Positions 15,001 to 28,734 are shown, numbered from the stretch's first letter. The stretch: 64,000 nt of DNA from Tubulanus polymorphus (GCF_964204645.1 NC_134028.1:11641263-11705262), one strand, 5' to 3'. Translations and numbers: made by a program. Notes: generated by a model not told the origin, from the letters alone.

Positions 15001-17505
15001 TTAATAAACATGATAATAATCGCTTATATTCTAAATAACAGGATTTAAAAGCAATATCTGAATTATAAAGTGTTTTCCTATATAAGTGATTTTTATATTT
15101 AATAGAGTTTAACAAGCCCGTAGTTAACCAGGGTTTAGACTTATTGGTTTTTGCATTCATGCGTTTGATAAATGGAAAGCATGTATCATATAAATGAGTA
15201 AATTTAGAAATAAATACAGTATACGACCTTTGTGGGTCATTTTCATTATAAAAAGCCGACCAATCACACACTATTAAGCTACTATAGAATCTATCAATAT
15301 TATGATCACTAAAGTTTCTAGTTGAGTAAGTACAATTATTGCAGACACGTTTACGTTGATCACACATTGTGAAAATTGGAAAATGATCAGAAATATCTGT
15401 ACATAATATGCCCGAGTTAAATACATTTTCAACATTAGACTGGATGAATTATTAGTCACCCTGGTTGGTTTATCAATAAGTGGGTAAAAGGATGAAGCTA
15501 TCAGATTATCTAGAAATGATTCTGTAGGCTCATGAACTTCTGATTGAAGTAAATCAATGTTAAAATCACCAATCAAATAACAATCTTTTCTTTCCCTATT
15601 TAGCTTGTCTAATAGTAAATTAAATTCAACTAAAAAAGTAGATATACTTAGCCCCGGAGGTCTGTATATAGTACCAATAATCTTATTCTTTTTACTCTTA
15701 CAAATAATTTCAATAAAGAGGGATTCAAATACCTCATTCTTACCAGAAAGATCTGTGCGTATTATAGATTCGTAATCATCTTTGAAATAAAGGACAACGC
15801 CACCACCCTTTACATCATTCGAGCGGCTTTTAAAAATACTATTGTAGCCAGGTAGTTTATAAAGATCATTGTTATGGGCATTATCATTACTCCAAGTCTC
15901 AGTAAGTCCTATGATAGAAAAATCGGATTTTATACAATTGATGTAGTCAGTGAAAGAATCGAAATTTTTGTTGCAACTTCGGATATTAAAAGTGCAAATT
16001 GAAAATTGACTTTTATCGAATTCAAAGTTATTTTCATCAAAATACTGACAATTATTAGATGAAGATGGATTGTTAGTCATAGACTGATGGATAAGAATAC
16101 ACTTCAAACAGCAGTAACTGCGGTGAGTCACCAGAAATGATCCTGTCCTTTTTAGTCAGTTGGCTACAACTGGGACTGATGATAGCAGGTGACGTCTGAC
16201 TATGAGATCTTTTCTTGTTTCTACCCGAAATCCTAGGTAGTTAGTCAGGGTCTGGTTTACACTCTGTACGACTATTTATTTTGAGTACTTTCTTTCCAGC
16301 TATTATTCCTGGAATGAACTGGTCACTAGGGTCTTCAATTCGTTTGGCTTTGCAGATTCGTGCAGCTAGTGGAAATAAATTTTAACCACAGTGTGCAAGT
16401 GTACGTTCCGAATCAAGCTTTTTGGTCAATGTCGTAACTTAAGCGCAGCTGTCTCGGATGCTGTAAGTACTTGACATTTTGTGTAATTATTTTTTTCAAT
16501 TGCCATGTTTACAATATTTGGATTAGTTGTCCTAAACGTACATGGGCGTCAAGAGTCCAGCGGCTTACCCTTGATATGAAGCTTTTTAAGTTTATCAGAG
16601 ACTTTTTTGGAGTAAACCGAATAGCCCTTAAAATACCAATTCCACATGGCTTAATGGTGTCTATGCTCTGCGAGACAGTAGTTATAGATTTTTTACGACA
16701 AACGCATGATTTAAATTGGTCTCCTAAGATTTTTATTATACTTTCTTTCGCTCCTCTATGATATTATATAACTTAGTTATTATTACATTTGATTGCTTAA
16801 TTACAAGTGGGAGGAGGTCTGATGGCATGAAAATCGACTGTGGCTGACTAATTGGCGCGCGTAGATAAAGGGTTGAGGTTTCAAACTGTGTAGCCAAAAT
16901 GCTTGTATCATCAGGGGTAGACAAACTATCCGAAGATAAATGAAAACTCCACCTTGTTGAACGTCAGTTGATTTCTTTCAATAAAATAAAAATCTATTTG
17001 ACTAATATCTGACTAATGTATACAAGAGTTGAATTCGAATTGATCTCAAAACTAGAGAAAGCATTTGTCAAAAATTTAGAAAATCCTTAACTCATAATCA
17101 AATTCTGTGAAGTCAATTAAGGTCATTTGCTCGAATCAAGCCGAATCGAAGGTTGCTAAAATTCAATTCCTCACTGTCCTCAGCATGTTGAGTACGACAG
17201 CGTTTACACACTGAAAAACGTTGGGCTGTGTAAGTGTTATTTGGATAAGTCAGCAAAATATAGACGGCCCTGCCCCGCGCGCTCCATCTGAGACATAAAC
17301 AAGTTGGACTGTATTGCTTCGATGCTTTAACAAACGGACTTCTTATATCCACATATCCAGCATAATGTTGATCCAGGTTGCGCTTCTTGGCAATAGTCAT
17401 ATGTTATGGGCTAGAATTATGTCGACGAAATCTTTGTACGCTTCCCAGTGAGACGTATATGAACCAGTTAGGCAGAAACCCATTATCGCTGCTATGTAGC
17501 TATAT
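12023..17505. mobile_element. Helentron-associated (HINE/DINE-1-like) element interrupted by a LINE
   Basis: Terminal hairpin TAGGGTTTCTGC..GCAGAAACCCT at 12024. The matching subterminal repeat GCAGAAACCC followed by CGCTGCTATGTAGCTATAT is at 17472-17505. Confidence 0.5.
12936..16080 (-). mobile_element. L2/CR1-clade LINE, 5'-truncated, frameshifted ORF2 (APE endonuclease + RT)
   Basis: APE motifs (FNIRS, GLTETW, GGGV, IYRPP, GDFNID) and RT motifs (YRPLSIL, QFGFR, KAFDTV, GVPQGSILGPLLF; FADD in a shifted frame near 14000). A 3' microsatellite tail (AATTTC)n lies at ~12936-12950. Confidence 0.9.
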
Positions 17506-18194
17506 ATCATCACGTAGGCCTATTCCGTTTCATACTTAAGCATTCTGTAGTTTCATAAATTTGTTTCGTATTTCTTAATTTCGTTTAGTATTTTGTAATT
17601 TCATCGATTCATACTTTAGGAGGATGCGGAAATTTTTTTTCGTCCCCAATTTCGAATCTCAATCTAATGTGTGAATAATTTCTTTATGTGGACACCAGTG
17701 CAGTGTTCTTATATTACTCCTGGCCTAAAATGAATAAATGAATAGGCTATATGCCTAATTACTGTGTGCCTTATAGGGGTAGCTATAAATTGAACTGCCA
17801 CCACCTCTTCTGATTTTATACAATGTAACATATGATCGTGATGTAGTTTTACAACCAGTAGCAAATGCCATCAGTGCCATCATCAAATTCATGGCCTGGA
17901 ACTTGTTAATAATAAATTATGAGCAGAACACAACATCGTTACAGGGAGCAATTGCTTGTCGCACCCCGGCATACTTACCAACTAGTATTAGTAAATATTT
18001 ACATACACCATTACAAAAAAATGTAAAAGACATTATTATGGAGACACAATCTCATTTTTTTCATATGGGTTCCCAAATTTTCACATTTTTCACATGAATA
18101 CGAATTTTCACAATTTTTCACAAGAATCCTGACTCCCAAACAGAGCATTCGAAAAGGAAAACATATTTAGTCTATGGGACAAAATACCACTTAC

Positions 18195-18265
18195 ATGCCG
18201 GAGTTTCTTGTATCTCTCTTCGGTTGTATCATACAAATTGATATTTGACATGCCATTATTTAGAC
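18195..18265 (-). CDS. PARN: PARN coding exon 3
   Basis: tttttag| and |gtaagt. Encodes GLNNGMSNINLYDTTEERYKKLRH (human FDTPEERYQKLKK). Phases are consistent. Confidence 0.92.
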
Positions 18266-18381
18266 CTAAAAATAATAATGTTTACATAGATGTAATGAAA
18301 TGTCAAAGATAATGCCAGGTTTTCCTCCACTGAAATATCCAAAAAAGGTCATAGACACCTATTATTATTATCAAAACATAC

Positions 18382-18459
18382 CAGTAAATTCTCCATCAAA
18401 AGTCATAAACAAACATTCATCAATAGCTTCATAAACCTTAGGAAGTACCTCAATGAAAT
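18382..18459 (-). CDS. PARN: PARN coding exon 2
   Basis: ttttcag| acceptor and |gtatgt donor. Encodes NFIEVLPKVYEAIDECLFMTFDGEFTG, containing the DEDD ExoI motif D-x-E (human FFAIDGEFSG). Confidence 0.93.
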
Positions 18460-19027
18460 CTGAAAAAAAATTACTCAAACTCAATAATCCAGCCTAATTA
18501 ATGCTAGGTTTTATTTGCATGTTAAGTCCAACTTTGGAACAGTCAGTTGTTCGAAGCAAATTTGATCTATTTCAACTTAACCTTTTAACCAGCAAGAAAC
18601 TTTCAGCCTGTATGATTTTGGACCTTGATGAGGAAAACTCAGTATATATTAAGGATTACCCTGTTATACAATATGTCACATATGTAATACATGTATATAC
18701 ATATATCCTATGAAACCTATTTTCACAAGGTTTCGAATGAAACTAAGTTTGCAAACTTTGGGGGTTACCTTCAGGGTCAGAACCCTTGGTCAGTGACCCC
18801 AAAAGTCAGGCCAACCATAATCAGCACTATCAACCAGGGATGAAAACAGATGCTTAAAAATGCGGCAAAATTTGAAATAAAAGTATTAGGCTAACTACTG
18901 CTGGCCAGATAAAACGCTCATAGCAAACTATAACTTTAGATTTCCTCACCAACGTTCCAGTGTACCTCAAAACCATTAAATATTCACAAGTATCCATTCG
19001 GAACATATCAGGAGATTCCAATTTAAT

Positions 19028-21310
19028 TAAACTAGGGGTCCAGGGACACCAAGCCCTCTTGGGAATTGGTTTCAAATGCTCAACAATCTAACAATTTCAA
19101 TATTCAACACCCCCTGGTGACTTTATAAACTAAGGTCCAGGGACACCATGCCCACTTGGGAAGTGGTTTCAAATGCTCAACAATCTACAATTTCAATATT
19201 CAACGCCCCCTGGTGACCATTTACAAAAACCAACGACCTTGAAACTCACCAAAATCATAAAACATGTCAGCAACTACGATTTTGTAATTGATTGTGATAA
19301 CAAAATATGCCTCGTTACCAATTTAATATGGAAATACTAAGTCATTCTACTATTCAACGCCCCCTGGTGACCATATTCAAAACCCAATGACCTCGAAACT
19401 CACCACAATCATAGAACCTGTCATGAACTACAACTTTGCAATTGATCATGGTAAGAAAAAATATGCCTAGGTACCAATATAATAAGGAAATACTAAGTTA
19501 TTCTACTATTCAACGCCCCTTGGTGACCATATAGAAAAACTAATGTCCTTAAAACTCGCAACAATCATAGATGATGTCATGAGCTACAACTTTCCAATTT
19601 ATTGTGGTTACAAAATATGCATAGGTACGAATATAATAAAGAAATGCGAAGATATTGTATTATTCAACGCCCCCTGGTGGCCATATACGAAATCCAATTA
19701 CCTTGAAACTCACCACAATCATAGAACACGTTATGAGCTACAACTTTCTAATTGATTGTGGTAGCAAAATACGCTTAGGTATCAATATAATGTGGAAAAA
19801 CTTTTTCCCACTTATGAATGAGTACTGGTGACACAAAGATGGCCGCCAATTGCGTCATAATTGGCTGATGAAAATTACCTGTCTCTGGTATAAAACATCC
19901 CTTTCCAAAGAATACCCATCACAAATTGCAATGAGAAATGGCAAACCAGTAGGAAGCTACAGGACTCAGATTTCGGGCCAAAATTAACATTTTTGGGAAC
20001 TAAAAAGGTCATAGGACGACCATCTTGAGTCCGACCGACCCAATTTTTGTTATGTTGATGGGCCCTGGGGGGATTCACATATATCCGTAAGATCAAGGTA
20101 ATTGATCAAAGCGTCTTCAAAATTTCCCTCAAAAAGTTCAAAAATGTGTAAAAAGTGCTGATTTTGGCGAACAATGGCTGCTAGTCGGCCATCTTGATTC
20201 TGACAGGGCCAGTTTTTTAGGCTTAAGATGTGTCTAGGGTAGATACATGTGTAACCCAAATATCAAGACATTACCTTGAAGCGTCTTCAAAACTTACCAA
20301 AATAACGGGATTCCGTCTACGGAGGGTTTTCCGTCTACGGACGGATGGACGACGGACGAAAAGTGAACGCAACAGCCCGCTGGGACTAAAGTCCCAAGTG
20401 GGCTAAAAACCAATGACCTTGAAACCCACCACAATCATAGAACATGTCAGCAGCTACGATTTTGTAATTGATTGTGATAACAAAATATGCCTCGTTACTA
20501 ATTTAATATGGAAATACTAGGTTACTTTACTATTCAACACCCCCTGGTGACCATATGCAAACCCCAATGACCTTGAAACTCACAACAATCATAGAACATG
20601 TCATGAACTACAACTTTGCAATAGATCATGATAACAAAATATGCCTAGGTACCAATCTAATAAGGAAATACTAAGTTATTCTACTATTCAACACCCCCTG
20701 GTGACCATATAGAATAACTAATGTCCTCAAAACTCACCACAATCATAGACGATGTCATGAGCTACAACTTTGCAATTGATCGTGGTAACAAAATATGCAT
20801 AGGTACAAATATAATATAGAAACACTAAGTTATTGTATTATTCATCGCCCTGGTAGCCATATACAAAAACCAATAAACTTGAAATTCACCAAAATCATAG
20901 AACACGTTATGGGCTACAACTTTCCAATTGACAGTAACACAATATGCTAAGGTATTAATATAATGTGGAAAAACTTTTTCCCACCTACCAATGAATACTG
21001 ATGACACCAAGATGGATGCCAATTGTATCATAATCGGCTGATCAAAAATACCTGTCTCAGGTATAAAACATCCCTTTCCAAAGAATACCCATCACAAATT
21101 GCAATGATTAATGGCAAACCAGTAGGAAGCTACAGGACCCAGAATTCCAGCCAAAATTGACATTTTTGGGCACTAAAAAGGTCATAGGATGACCATCTTG
21201 AGTCCGATCGACCAAGTTTTTCTTATGCTGATGGGCCCTTGGGGGATTCAAATATAAACAAAAGATCAAGGTAATTGATGAAAGCGTCTTCAAAATTTCC
21301 CTCAAAAACT
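19028..21310. repeat. Helentron/HINE-like element(s) with an internal ~184-bp tandem array
   Basis: Recurrent unit marked by TATTCAACGCCCCCTGGTGACC...AAACTCACCACAATCATAGA. A GGAC microsatellite plus GGGACT-AA-AGTCCC hairpin end lies at 20335-20410. The block is repeated at 20405-21310. Confidence 0.75.
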
Positions 21311-22644
21311 TCAACAAGAGGCCCATGGGCCTTGAAGCATTGGTTGATTATACTGTCGTATTAAGTGGTTATTTTTTACATCTGCCGGCAAATCTTCTAT
21401 GACGATGTTGATTGGGACGACCACAGACTTAAAGGTCTATTTGTCTAGTATGATTTTATTCCTGAAAATGAATTTATTTTCTGCCGAACGATTCAGCCTA
21501 GGCTATTTGTACTGTTAAACCTCATTAATGCGATTATAATAAAAAGATGAAACTTGTTTATTCTGATGTTTTCCATCATGTCCCAGCCAAGATATTTATA
21601 TCAATCAAGATTTGGATACAAAAACCCATTTTTACGCATGAACTGTTAGGCCCCACTGAATAATGAAAACAAAAACAGAACGATTTTTCTGACTGCAATA
21701 CGGGATATCGACAAATTCAAGTTCTTGAATTACTCGTTTGATGGCGCTAGTCAGAACCGGAAATTGGAACCTAAATCCTCCATGCTCTAGTTCATTTGCA
21801 ATGAAAATCTCTCGCTTCAAGTTTTCTATGATCGATATTTTACTTACTATATAACGTCACGTGTAATCCTTTAAATATGATATCCTACCGCTACGTAAGA
21901 TGTGATAAAACCTCACTGCAATGACTAGAAATCACTATTAGTGACCTAAAATTATCAAAAAACATTTTGCAACGGCTGAAGATGTAAAGACTGGTTGCCA
22001 GGTATCACATGGTGGCAGCACTTGACGGCCCAATTTCGATTGTTGGTTCGAGTCCTGGTACTTTTCATATTTTTATTATGAATCTACGAGTGTAGTCTTT
22101 TTAAAATCAATTTTATTTCGCAATATTATTTCATATTTATCAGTGTAGCCTGCAATGAATTCACCTTAGAGTCTTAAACTCAACAACAAAGTAATGCCAC
22201 ACGGCACCAGTCATTACTTCCGTTAGCTGCTTCGAGCGTCATTGCTAAATTTGTGATTTTTGGTCGTTTTTTTTACATTTCTAGTTATCTTTAGCGTTTG
22301 AAGTGAGGTTTTATCAAATTCAACACATTGTCAGGATATCATACTTAAAGGATTATGCATGCCTATGTATAGTAAGTAAAATATCGCTAACTAGAAACTT
22401 GAAGCGAGAGATTTTTATTGCAAATGAACTACTGTCTGTCACACATGCTCTTCGTGCGACGTTTTGGTCCGTAATTTCATTAATAATCGGTTGATTTGTA
22501 AATATTATGCATCAATTTGTTCAGTAAGGAATTTGCATTCAGAAATAAATCATGAACTGGCATAAATTTGTTTGTGTTTTCATCTATCAGCGATAGTTTA
22601 CCCAGCATACGCTCGTAAACTGGATATCATACTTCCAAACGAAA

Positions 22645-23030
22645 GGTATTTCGTTCGAACAGAATCTTTTTAATTTGAACAGAATTTTATTGTCAGAACA
22701 TTAAGTTTTTCATTAGAACAAGTATATTGTAAAAAGTTTTTTCTCCGAACCAAAAGTATTAAGTATTTCGTTCAATCGAACAGAATTGTTTTCATTCAAA
22801 CATTCGTTCGAAAAAATTGTTTTCGCTCAACCAAATTTTTATGCCGGGACAAAAAGTTTTTCATTTCAACAATAACATAGCTTTTCATTCGAACACATTT
22901 TTTTGTCAGAATGAAGAAAGTTTTGGTTCAAACAAAAAGCGTATTGTTCAACTAAACTGAATTGTTTTCACTAGAACAAGATTTTCTTGTCGGAACATTT
23001 AAGTTTTTTGTTCGAACAGCGTGTTAAGTT
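22645..23030. repeat. Degenerate minisatellite (TTTTCATTCGAACA-type units)
   Basis: About 15-20 diverged short units built on TTCGAAC/TTCAAAC. Confidence 0.55.
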
Positions 23031-23052
23031 CGTTTTGGAAATTTACACGGTC

Positions 23053-23527
23053 TGGTATATTTTGGATTACTGTGTATGTCATTTGTCAGGACATTAAACA
23101 GAAGACGACTTAGGATACTACCTTGCGTGACTCCACTAGTTAGACCAACTTATTCCAAGATGAGGCGTTCCGTTGATTTCGGCTACAAGTTTTCGTTCAG
23201 AGATAACTGCTACTTTACATTACTACTCTACATTAGTAAATATGGCCTTCGTGATTAATCCAGATGGTCATTGTTTTGCCAACGTGGCCTTCGTGATCAT
23301 CAAGTAATCCAGATGGTCATTGTTCAATTGACGTGGCCATCTGAGAGTATAAATACGCTTGTCGTGGACTCATTCTCTGGTTCTCTCTCTTGTTCTAGAC
23401 TCTCTTGTTCTAGACTCTTGTTCTAGCTCTCGCAACAGCTCGGTTGGCTCAATAAACTGAATTAACTAACAACCACATTTCTTGTCAATTCTCTGAGCTA
23501 GGAATTTCACTACGGAACCCTATATCA
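23053..23527 (+). mobile_element. Single LTR (U3-R-U5) of a Gypsy-like retrotransposon
   Basis: TGGTATAT...TATATCA ends, duplicated U3 block (GGCCTTCGTGAT...TAATCCAGATGGTCATTGTT x2), TATAAAT at ~23348, AATAAA at ~23451, then AC and a TGG-initiated PBS. The left boundary is approximate. Confidence 0.7.
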
Positions 23528-23529
23528 AC

Positions 23530-23576
23530 TGGTGGAGAACCCGGGCATCGATCCCGGTACCTCTCGCATGCCAAGC
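23530..23576 (-). pseudogene. 3' 47 nt of mature tRNA-Ala with CCA (extended PBS / retro-copy)
   Basis: Minus strand reads GCTT-GGC-ATGCGAGAGGTACCGGGATCGATGCCCGGGTTCTCCA-CCA: anticodon loop, Ala-type ATCGATG T-loop, encoded CCA. The 5' half is absent. Confidence 0.88.
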
Positions 23577-24108
23577 AATGCCTAGGTACCAATCTAATAA
23601 GGAAATACTAAGTTATTCTACTATTCAACACCCCCTGGTGACCTTATAGAATAACTAATGTCCTTAAAACTCACCAAAATCATAGGAAGATGTCATGAGC
23701 TATAACTTTGCAATTGATTGTGGTGACAAAATATGCATAGGTTCAAACATTAATATAGAAATACTAAGTTATTGTATCATTCAATTTTGTATATGGTGGC
23801 CATATACAAAAACCAATGACCTTGAAACTCACGAAAATCATAGAACACGTTATGGGCTACAACTTTCCAATTTATTATAGTAACACAATATGCTTAGGTA
23901 TCAATTCAATGTGGAAAATCTTTTTCCCGACTACGAATGAGTACTGACACCAAGATGGCCGCCAATTGCGTCATAATTGGCTGATCAAAAATACCTGTCA
24001 CAGGTAAAAAAACATCCCTTTCCAAAGAATACCCATCACAAATCGCAATGAGAAATGGCAAACCAGTAGGAAGCAACAGGACCTAGAATTCTGGCCAAAA
24101 TTGACATC
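23577..24108. repeat. Third partial copy of the ~184-bp-array element
   Basis: Colinear with 20640-21165 (ATGCCTAGGTACCAATCTAATAAGG... to ...AAACCAGTAGGAAGC). Confidence 0.8.
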
Positions 24109-25249
24109 TTAGGTCAATTCAAGTATAAATGAACTAATTTATTGCCGCAGACTTCACATTCAGCCGCGGTCTTCAAACAGTTATTTTAACAATAGCCCAT
24201 TTTCCTCGTCAAATCATATTACCGATACACTGGAAATTTACTACTTTAGATTTTAAAAGCAAAATTTAGACAAAACTTGGATTCTTGTGCAAAATACTCT
24301 ATTTAAGTTTATAAATTGGGTAGGCCTAACCTGATTCGTCTTTTATATGGCCGATTTCATAATAAAGTATGAATTTATTGAGTGATAGTGGTGTTTTACT
24401 TGCTAAATTGACATTTAGAGTGGTAAAAATGAACCAGGAAGTGTTTTGATTGATCAGCTGGCAGCCGGTGTGGAGCCGGTAGTGACCCGGATGTAGGCCT
24501 AAACAATTTGAAGTGCCTTGCCAACTTTAGGTCAAAATCCGCGAAAGACTACTAAATTAATCTTAAAAGTAATAATTGAAAACAATATATAAAGTATCTT
24601 ATTTTATTATGTAGAAGAGTGCAAGCTGTTAAAATTATAAATTTTAGCGTATGAGCACTTTGAATTATGTTTACGACTTTTTCAGTGATACAGGGCCTAC
24701 CAAAACTTGCACGCCCCGACATGCTCTACATGAAACATGTTCTTAAAATATTCTGTGGTCAAATATCCAGCCAATCAGCAGCCGACCCTCGGATTTGACC
24801 CAAAAAATTGCATGCGTTTTTCACGTGTTTGAAAAATGCATGAACAAACATGGCCGCCATCTTGTTTCCTGGAAATGAGCCGACGCGTGTTGAACTACGA
24901 TTTATTTCTCCATAACTATGCAAGATACACTCATGAAATTTACTACACCACAACAAATAACCGGTAAATTGAGTAGACCTATACTGAGCAAGTTTGGCTT
25001 TAATCAGATATAGAATACATTTTTTATGAGCGATTGAATATTTGAAGCGTGGAAAATGCTAATTATGACTCATTTTGATCACGTGACCTGAAATCCCTAC
25101 CTGTGGTATTAGTTAGGCATAATCAAACAAGGCCCCAAGGGGTTTGGCGATGGGCTTGGATTTTATTTCCAGGTTGTTGATAATCTCGCGAGATTGGCGC
25201 TAAATATGAAGAGCGAATAAATTCAAAATATCATGGAAAATACCTTGTG

Positions 25250-26482
25250 TTTATATTGTTTATTTATCCACTAAAAAGTTCCGATAAACAATTGGTCGTT
25301 AAGAATCATTATCAGACGGTCATCACGCTTTACTATATAAAATCACAAGGGATGAAACGCAGTTCAAGTCGTGCCAGCCAGAAAGTTGAAAGAGTTGGAA
25401 AATCTCAAAAAAGGACACATTTTGTTTGTCTTCATGGAGAATGAACATGTTTCAGGCAAAACTGTAGAAAACTGTGGTCTTATTATCCAGACTTCAACAT
25501 TAAATACCATGTTATTCAACAGACATGTAATGGGCTCAAAGCATTTAAAAAGCCCTTAGATCCGGCTGAAATGGTTTGTTTCAAAATGTTTTGCTCTCAA
25601 TCTGTTGTGAATACCGACACCATCAACAAACCAACATTGTTAACTGTTGAACCAACACCATCAACTTCTAGTGCTGTCGATCCAACACCATCAACTTCTA
25701 GTGCTGTCGATCCAACACCACCACCATTACGAACTCCTGTAAAACCGCTACTACTGTCACCATTAAAAACTAGAAGCCCCCGAGATTGTAAGAACTGTTG
25801 TGTTAAAAGAATCGGAAAGAATGAGATTAGAGTTGAGAAAAAGGCATCGTATTGAGCTTAGTTCCTTGAGGAGTATCAGTAGGAAAAAGAATTCCCTTCG
25901 AGTGAAACGACTGAATCAACAAATTAAACGGAGGAGTGACAAAATTATTTGAGGAAGATGTTATGTTTAAATCTGTAGTTGAAAAATTATCTATTTCTGA
26001 GGAGAAAGTGAGGAAACTGTCGCGTAATATAAATCGAATGAAAAAAAGGCGTAGTGAGAAACCGTCCGTGGTTTCGAAATTGGAATCAGAACATCTCAAA
26101 CTCCAAAAAGAAATCCTCCGCCGAACTGACGTTAAAATGTCGCAAAAAGACTCTAAAGAAAGACACAACGTAGAATAAGCTGTCCGGAATCTGGATCTGT
26201 CAAATGTGAAAAAAAGACTTTCCCGATATTGACCCGGAAATGGAGCAGAATTTGATAGACATTTTGGATGGAACTGCAATTGGCAGGAACATGAACCATG
26301 TCTGGTTAGATGAGAATACAAGAACAGCCGCCACATATCATGGCAAGAGGAGGAAAGGGAGTCCAACTTGTATTGTAGCATATTGGGATAATGAGTCCAG
26401 TTTTGCAAATGCTGAAGACTACAATGTGTCCAAATATGAACTTGCTGCTGACCTGATATGTGGTGATCTTATCATGTATTAG
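25250..26482 (+). pseudogene. Decayed transposon-associated ORF with a Tudor/spindlin-like C-terminus
   Basis: Broken ORFs, a 30-bp PTPSTSSAVD repeat, a coiled-coil part, and C-terminal IGRxMxHVW...YHG...VAYW...L..DL..GDL. The family call is tentative. Confidence 0.35.
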
Positions 26483-27016
26483 TGTATTAATCATAATAAT
26501 ATCAATGGTAGGTCAACCATTCATAATCCAAATTCATATTGCTTTGAAATACAATGAGATCATGCAAAATGAAATTTTTGTTGATATTGCGCAATTCAGT
26601 TGATGAAAATTGCAGAATTTTTTAAGGATTTAATTGATATCATAATCAAGATTAGTACATGTTTATGAAGTTACTGTAGATATTTTATTACTGCTGCCCT
26701 TTGTACATATTCTTTTGTGTGATGTGATAGATTATTCTTACATCTTAAGGTATTACGTTACATTAAATGCCGTAACACGTTAACTTGACGAGATTTTATC
26801 TGCTGATTTTAATTAGGTTAATTAGTAATTTTACAATAGTGGTCAAGATAGAAAAGGAATCTATTTATTTCAATGAATAGATCTAGTTGGTGCAAAACTG
26901 CCCTGAAAATTTCATGTAATTATCTTATAATAAAAAATTATGTCAAAATAACTGAAAATTATTACCCAAAATGGTCACAACTTATCCTATTGTTTTACCT
27001 TTTAAATTAATGACCG

Positions 27017-27404
27017 TAAGGCCAAATAAAAAAATTAGTTGTGTATCGTCCTTTTTTCAAAAAGCATGGGTCGGCCGGGAGGTTTTTTATTTTATTTTTT
27101 ACTTTACATCGAGTGTTGTAAATGATATACGATTGATAAAATAAAGCATGTTTTCCATCGACTGGAAGTGTTGCGCCACAAGCGATACAAATACAATTCA
27201 ATTCATAGAACTTTATTAACTTAGATTTTAAAATCGATCTAAATATGCTCCACAACCGGAAATCCACGCTGTGTACGCTCCATAACCGAATATTGACTTC
27301 AATTTGTTATTCAGTGAACGTACTTCGTCGATCGATAAATCATTTTGTTTGCTGCTATACTGTCCTATAAACGATAAACAACTAATTTTTTTTATTCGGC
27401 CTTA
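27017..27404. mobile_element. MITE (Kolobok-like ends)
   Basis: TIRs TAAGGCCAAATAAAAAAATTAGTTGTGTATCGT and ACGATAAACAACTAATTTTTTTTATTCGGCCTTA. Confidence 0.75.
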
Positions 27405-28734
27405 TTAGCACGATTTTCCAATAGGCCTACTGAAACTATCATAACTTTCTTATTATTTGAGCTAGAAGGTTGAACAAGGGCTCATTTGAAGCTCTTTTTA
27501 AATGCTATCTAATAGTGTTTCCATAATTAAGATTGGAGTATTTTGAAATGGATTGTAGCCTACCTACTGTCTGTGTCCCCGTGACTTGATATAGGCACTT
27601 GTACATTCGCATCGATCGATCCGCGTAGTTAGGCAATCGCACAACAGTCAATAACTGCGCGCTGTTTTTTCTCCGGGTGATTCCTGCTTTAGAGTTCAGA
27701 GGGAGTATCCCGGAATAGCCGGGATCCTTATTGGTGACGTCATTACTACTGCGCATAAATTAAGATGGCGGCCGAATTTTAGCGTTTGAATTTTGAAAAT
27801 CGGCCGATTTTTTCGTGATTTTTTATCAGATATCTCTGAAAGGTGAGTTTCAAACGCTATATTTTTATTTTTCTTCTTATCTCCCATCTACGAAACGATA
27901 TTTCCTCATATTCTATGCTTCTTAGGTGAACAAAAATCGAATTAAGATATGGAAATACTGAGGCAAACGATTCAAAAAGTTTTCCGAAAGTCTAAATGAG
28001 CGCACCAAGCTAGCCAGATTTCGTCACTAAACCGATTTTTTTAACGCAAAATCGGATCGAACTGTAGATATCTTAGAACACTTAGATACCTCAAACAATT
28101 CTTAAGCATAGTGTTTTCGTTTGTATTTCATATGTTTTGAGATCATTCATCTCGGTTAAACTGGCTCTTGAGGTCATTTAAGTTTGTTTACATTTTGCGA
28201 AATGCAATCACATGATCAAAATGGCGGATGCTGATTGGACAATGACTGTTCAAAAACAATAACAAAGACACGTGGATCAAATTTACTACTACTTTCTTGG
28301 ATTTTTAAACAATTTTATTTCCTTTTACAGGTATAAACAGTATAATAATGAATAGGAAAAGAAATAAAGAAGATTTGGAAACAGTAATTGACCAATTCAT
28401 GCCAGTTTTGAGGGTAGATGGAGCAATATATGTCGGACTTGTAATACAGATTCGTAAAAAACATTTTGATTCTAAGAAGTTTAAATCTGCTAATGCTATT
28501 GACAATGCTGTTGCCGTAGATCTGATCAATTTGAATAAATCTCATGGAAATTTTGATATTCAATTAGATAAAACAGTTAAATCAGTTTATCGCACGTGGA
28601 CTAAATTTCAGAAATTTAGAAACACTAGATGATGCCGTAGACTATGACGTCGAGTTATCCGACTTTTTAACTGACATGTAGAAACTCTTCACCTGTGTTA
28701 AATGTTGTAACTTAAAAAAGGTACATTGTTGTAT

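Noticed and set aside
16140-17400. LINE ORF1 upstream of the L2 ORF2
   Set aside because: I could not recognise a continuous frame or ORF1 motifs.
23530-23576. Functional tRNA-Ala(GGC) gene
   Set aside because: The 5' half (D-arm, A-box) is missing, CCA is encoded, and it abuts an LTR.
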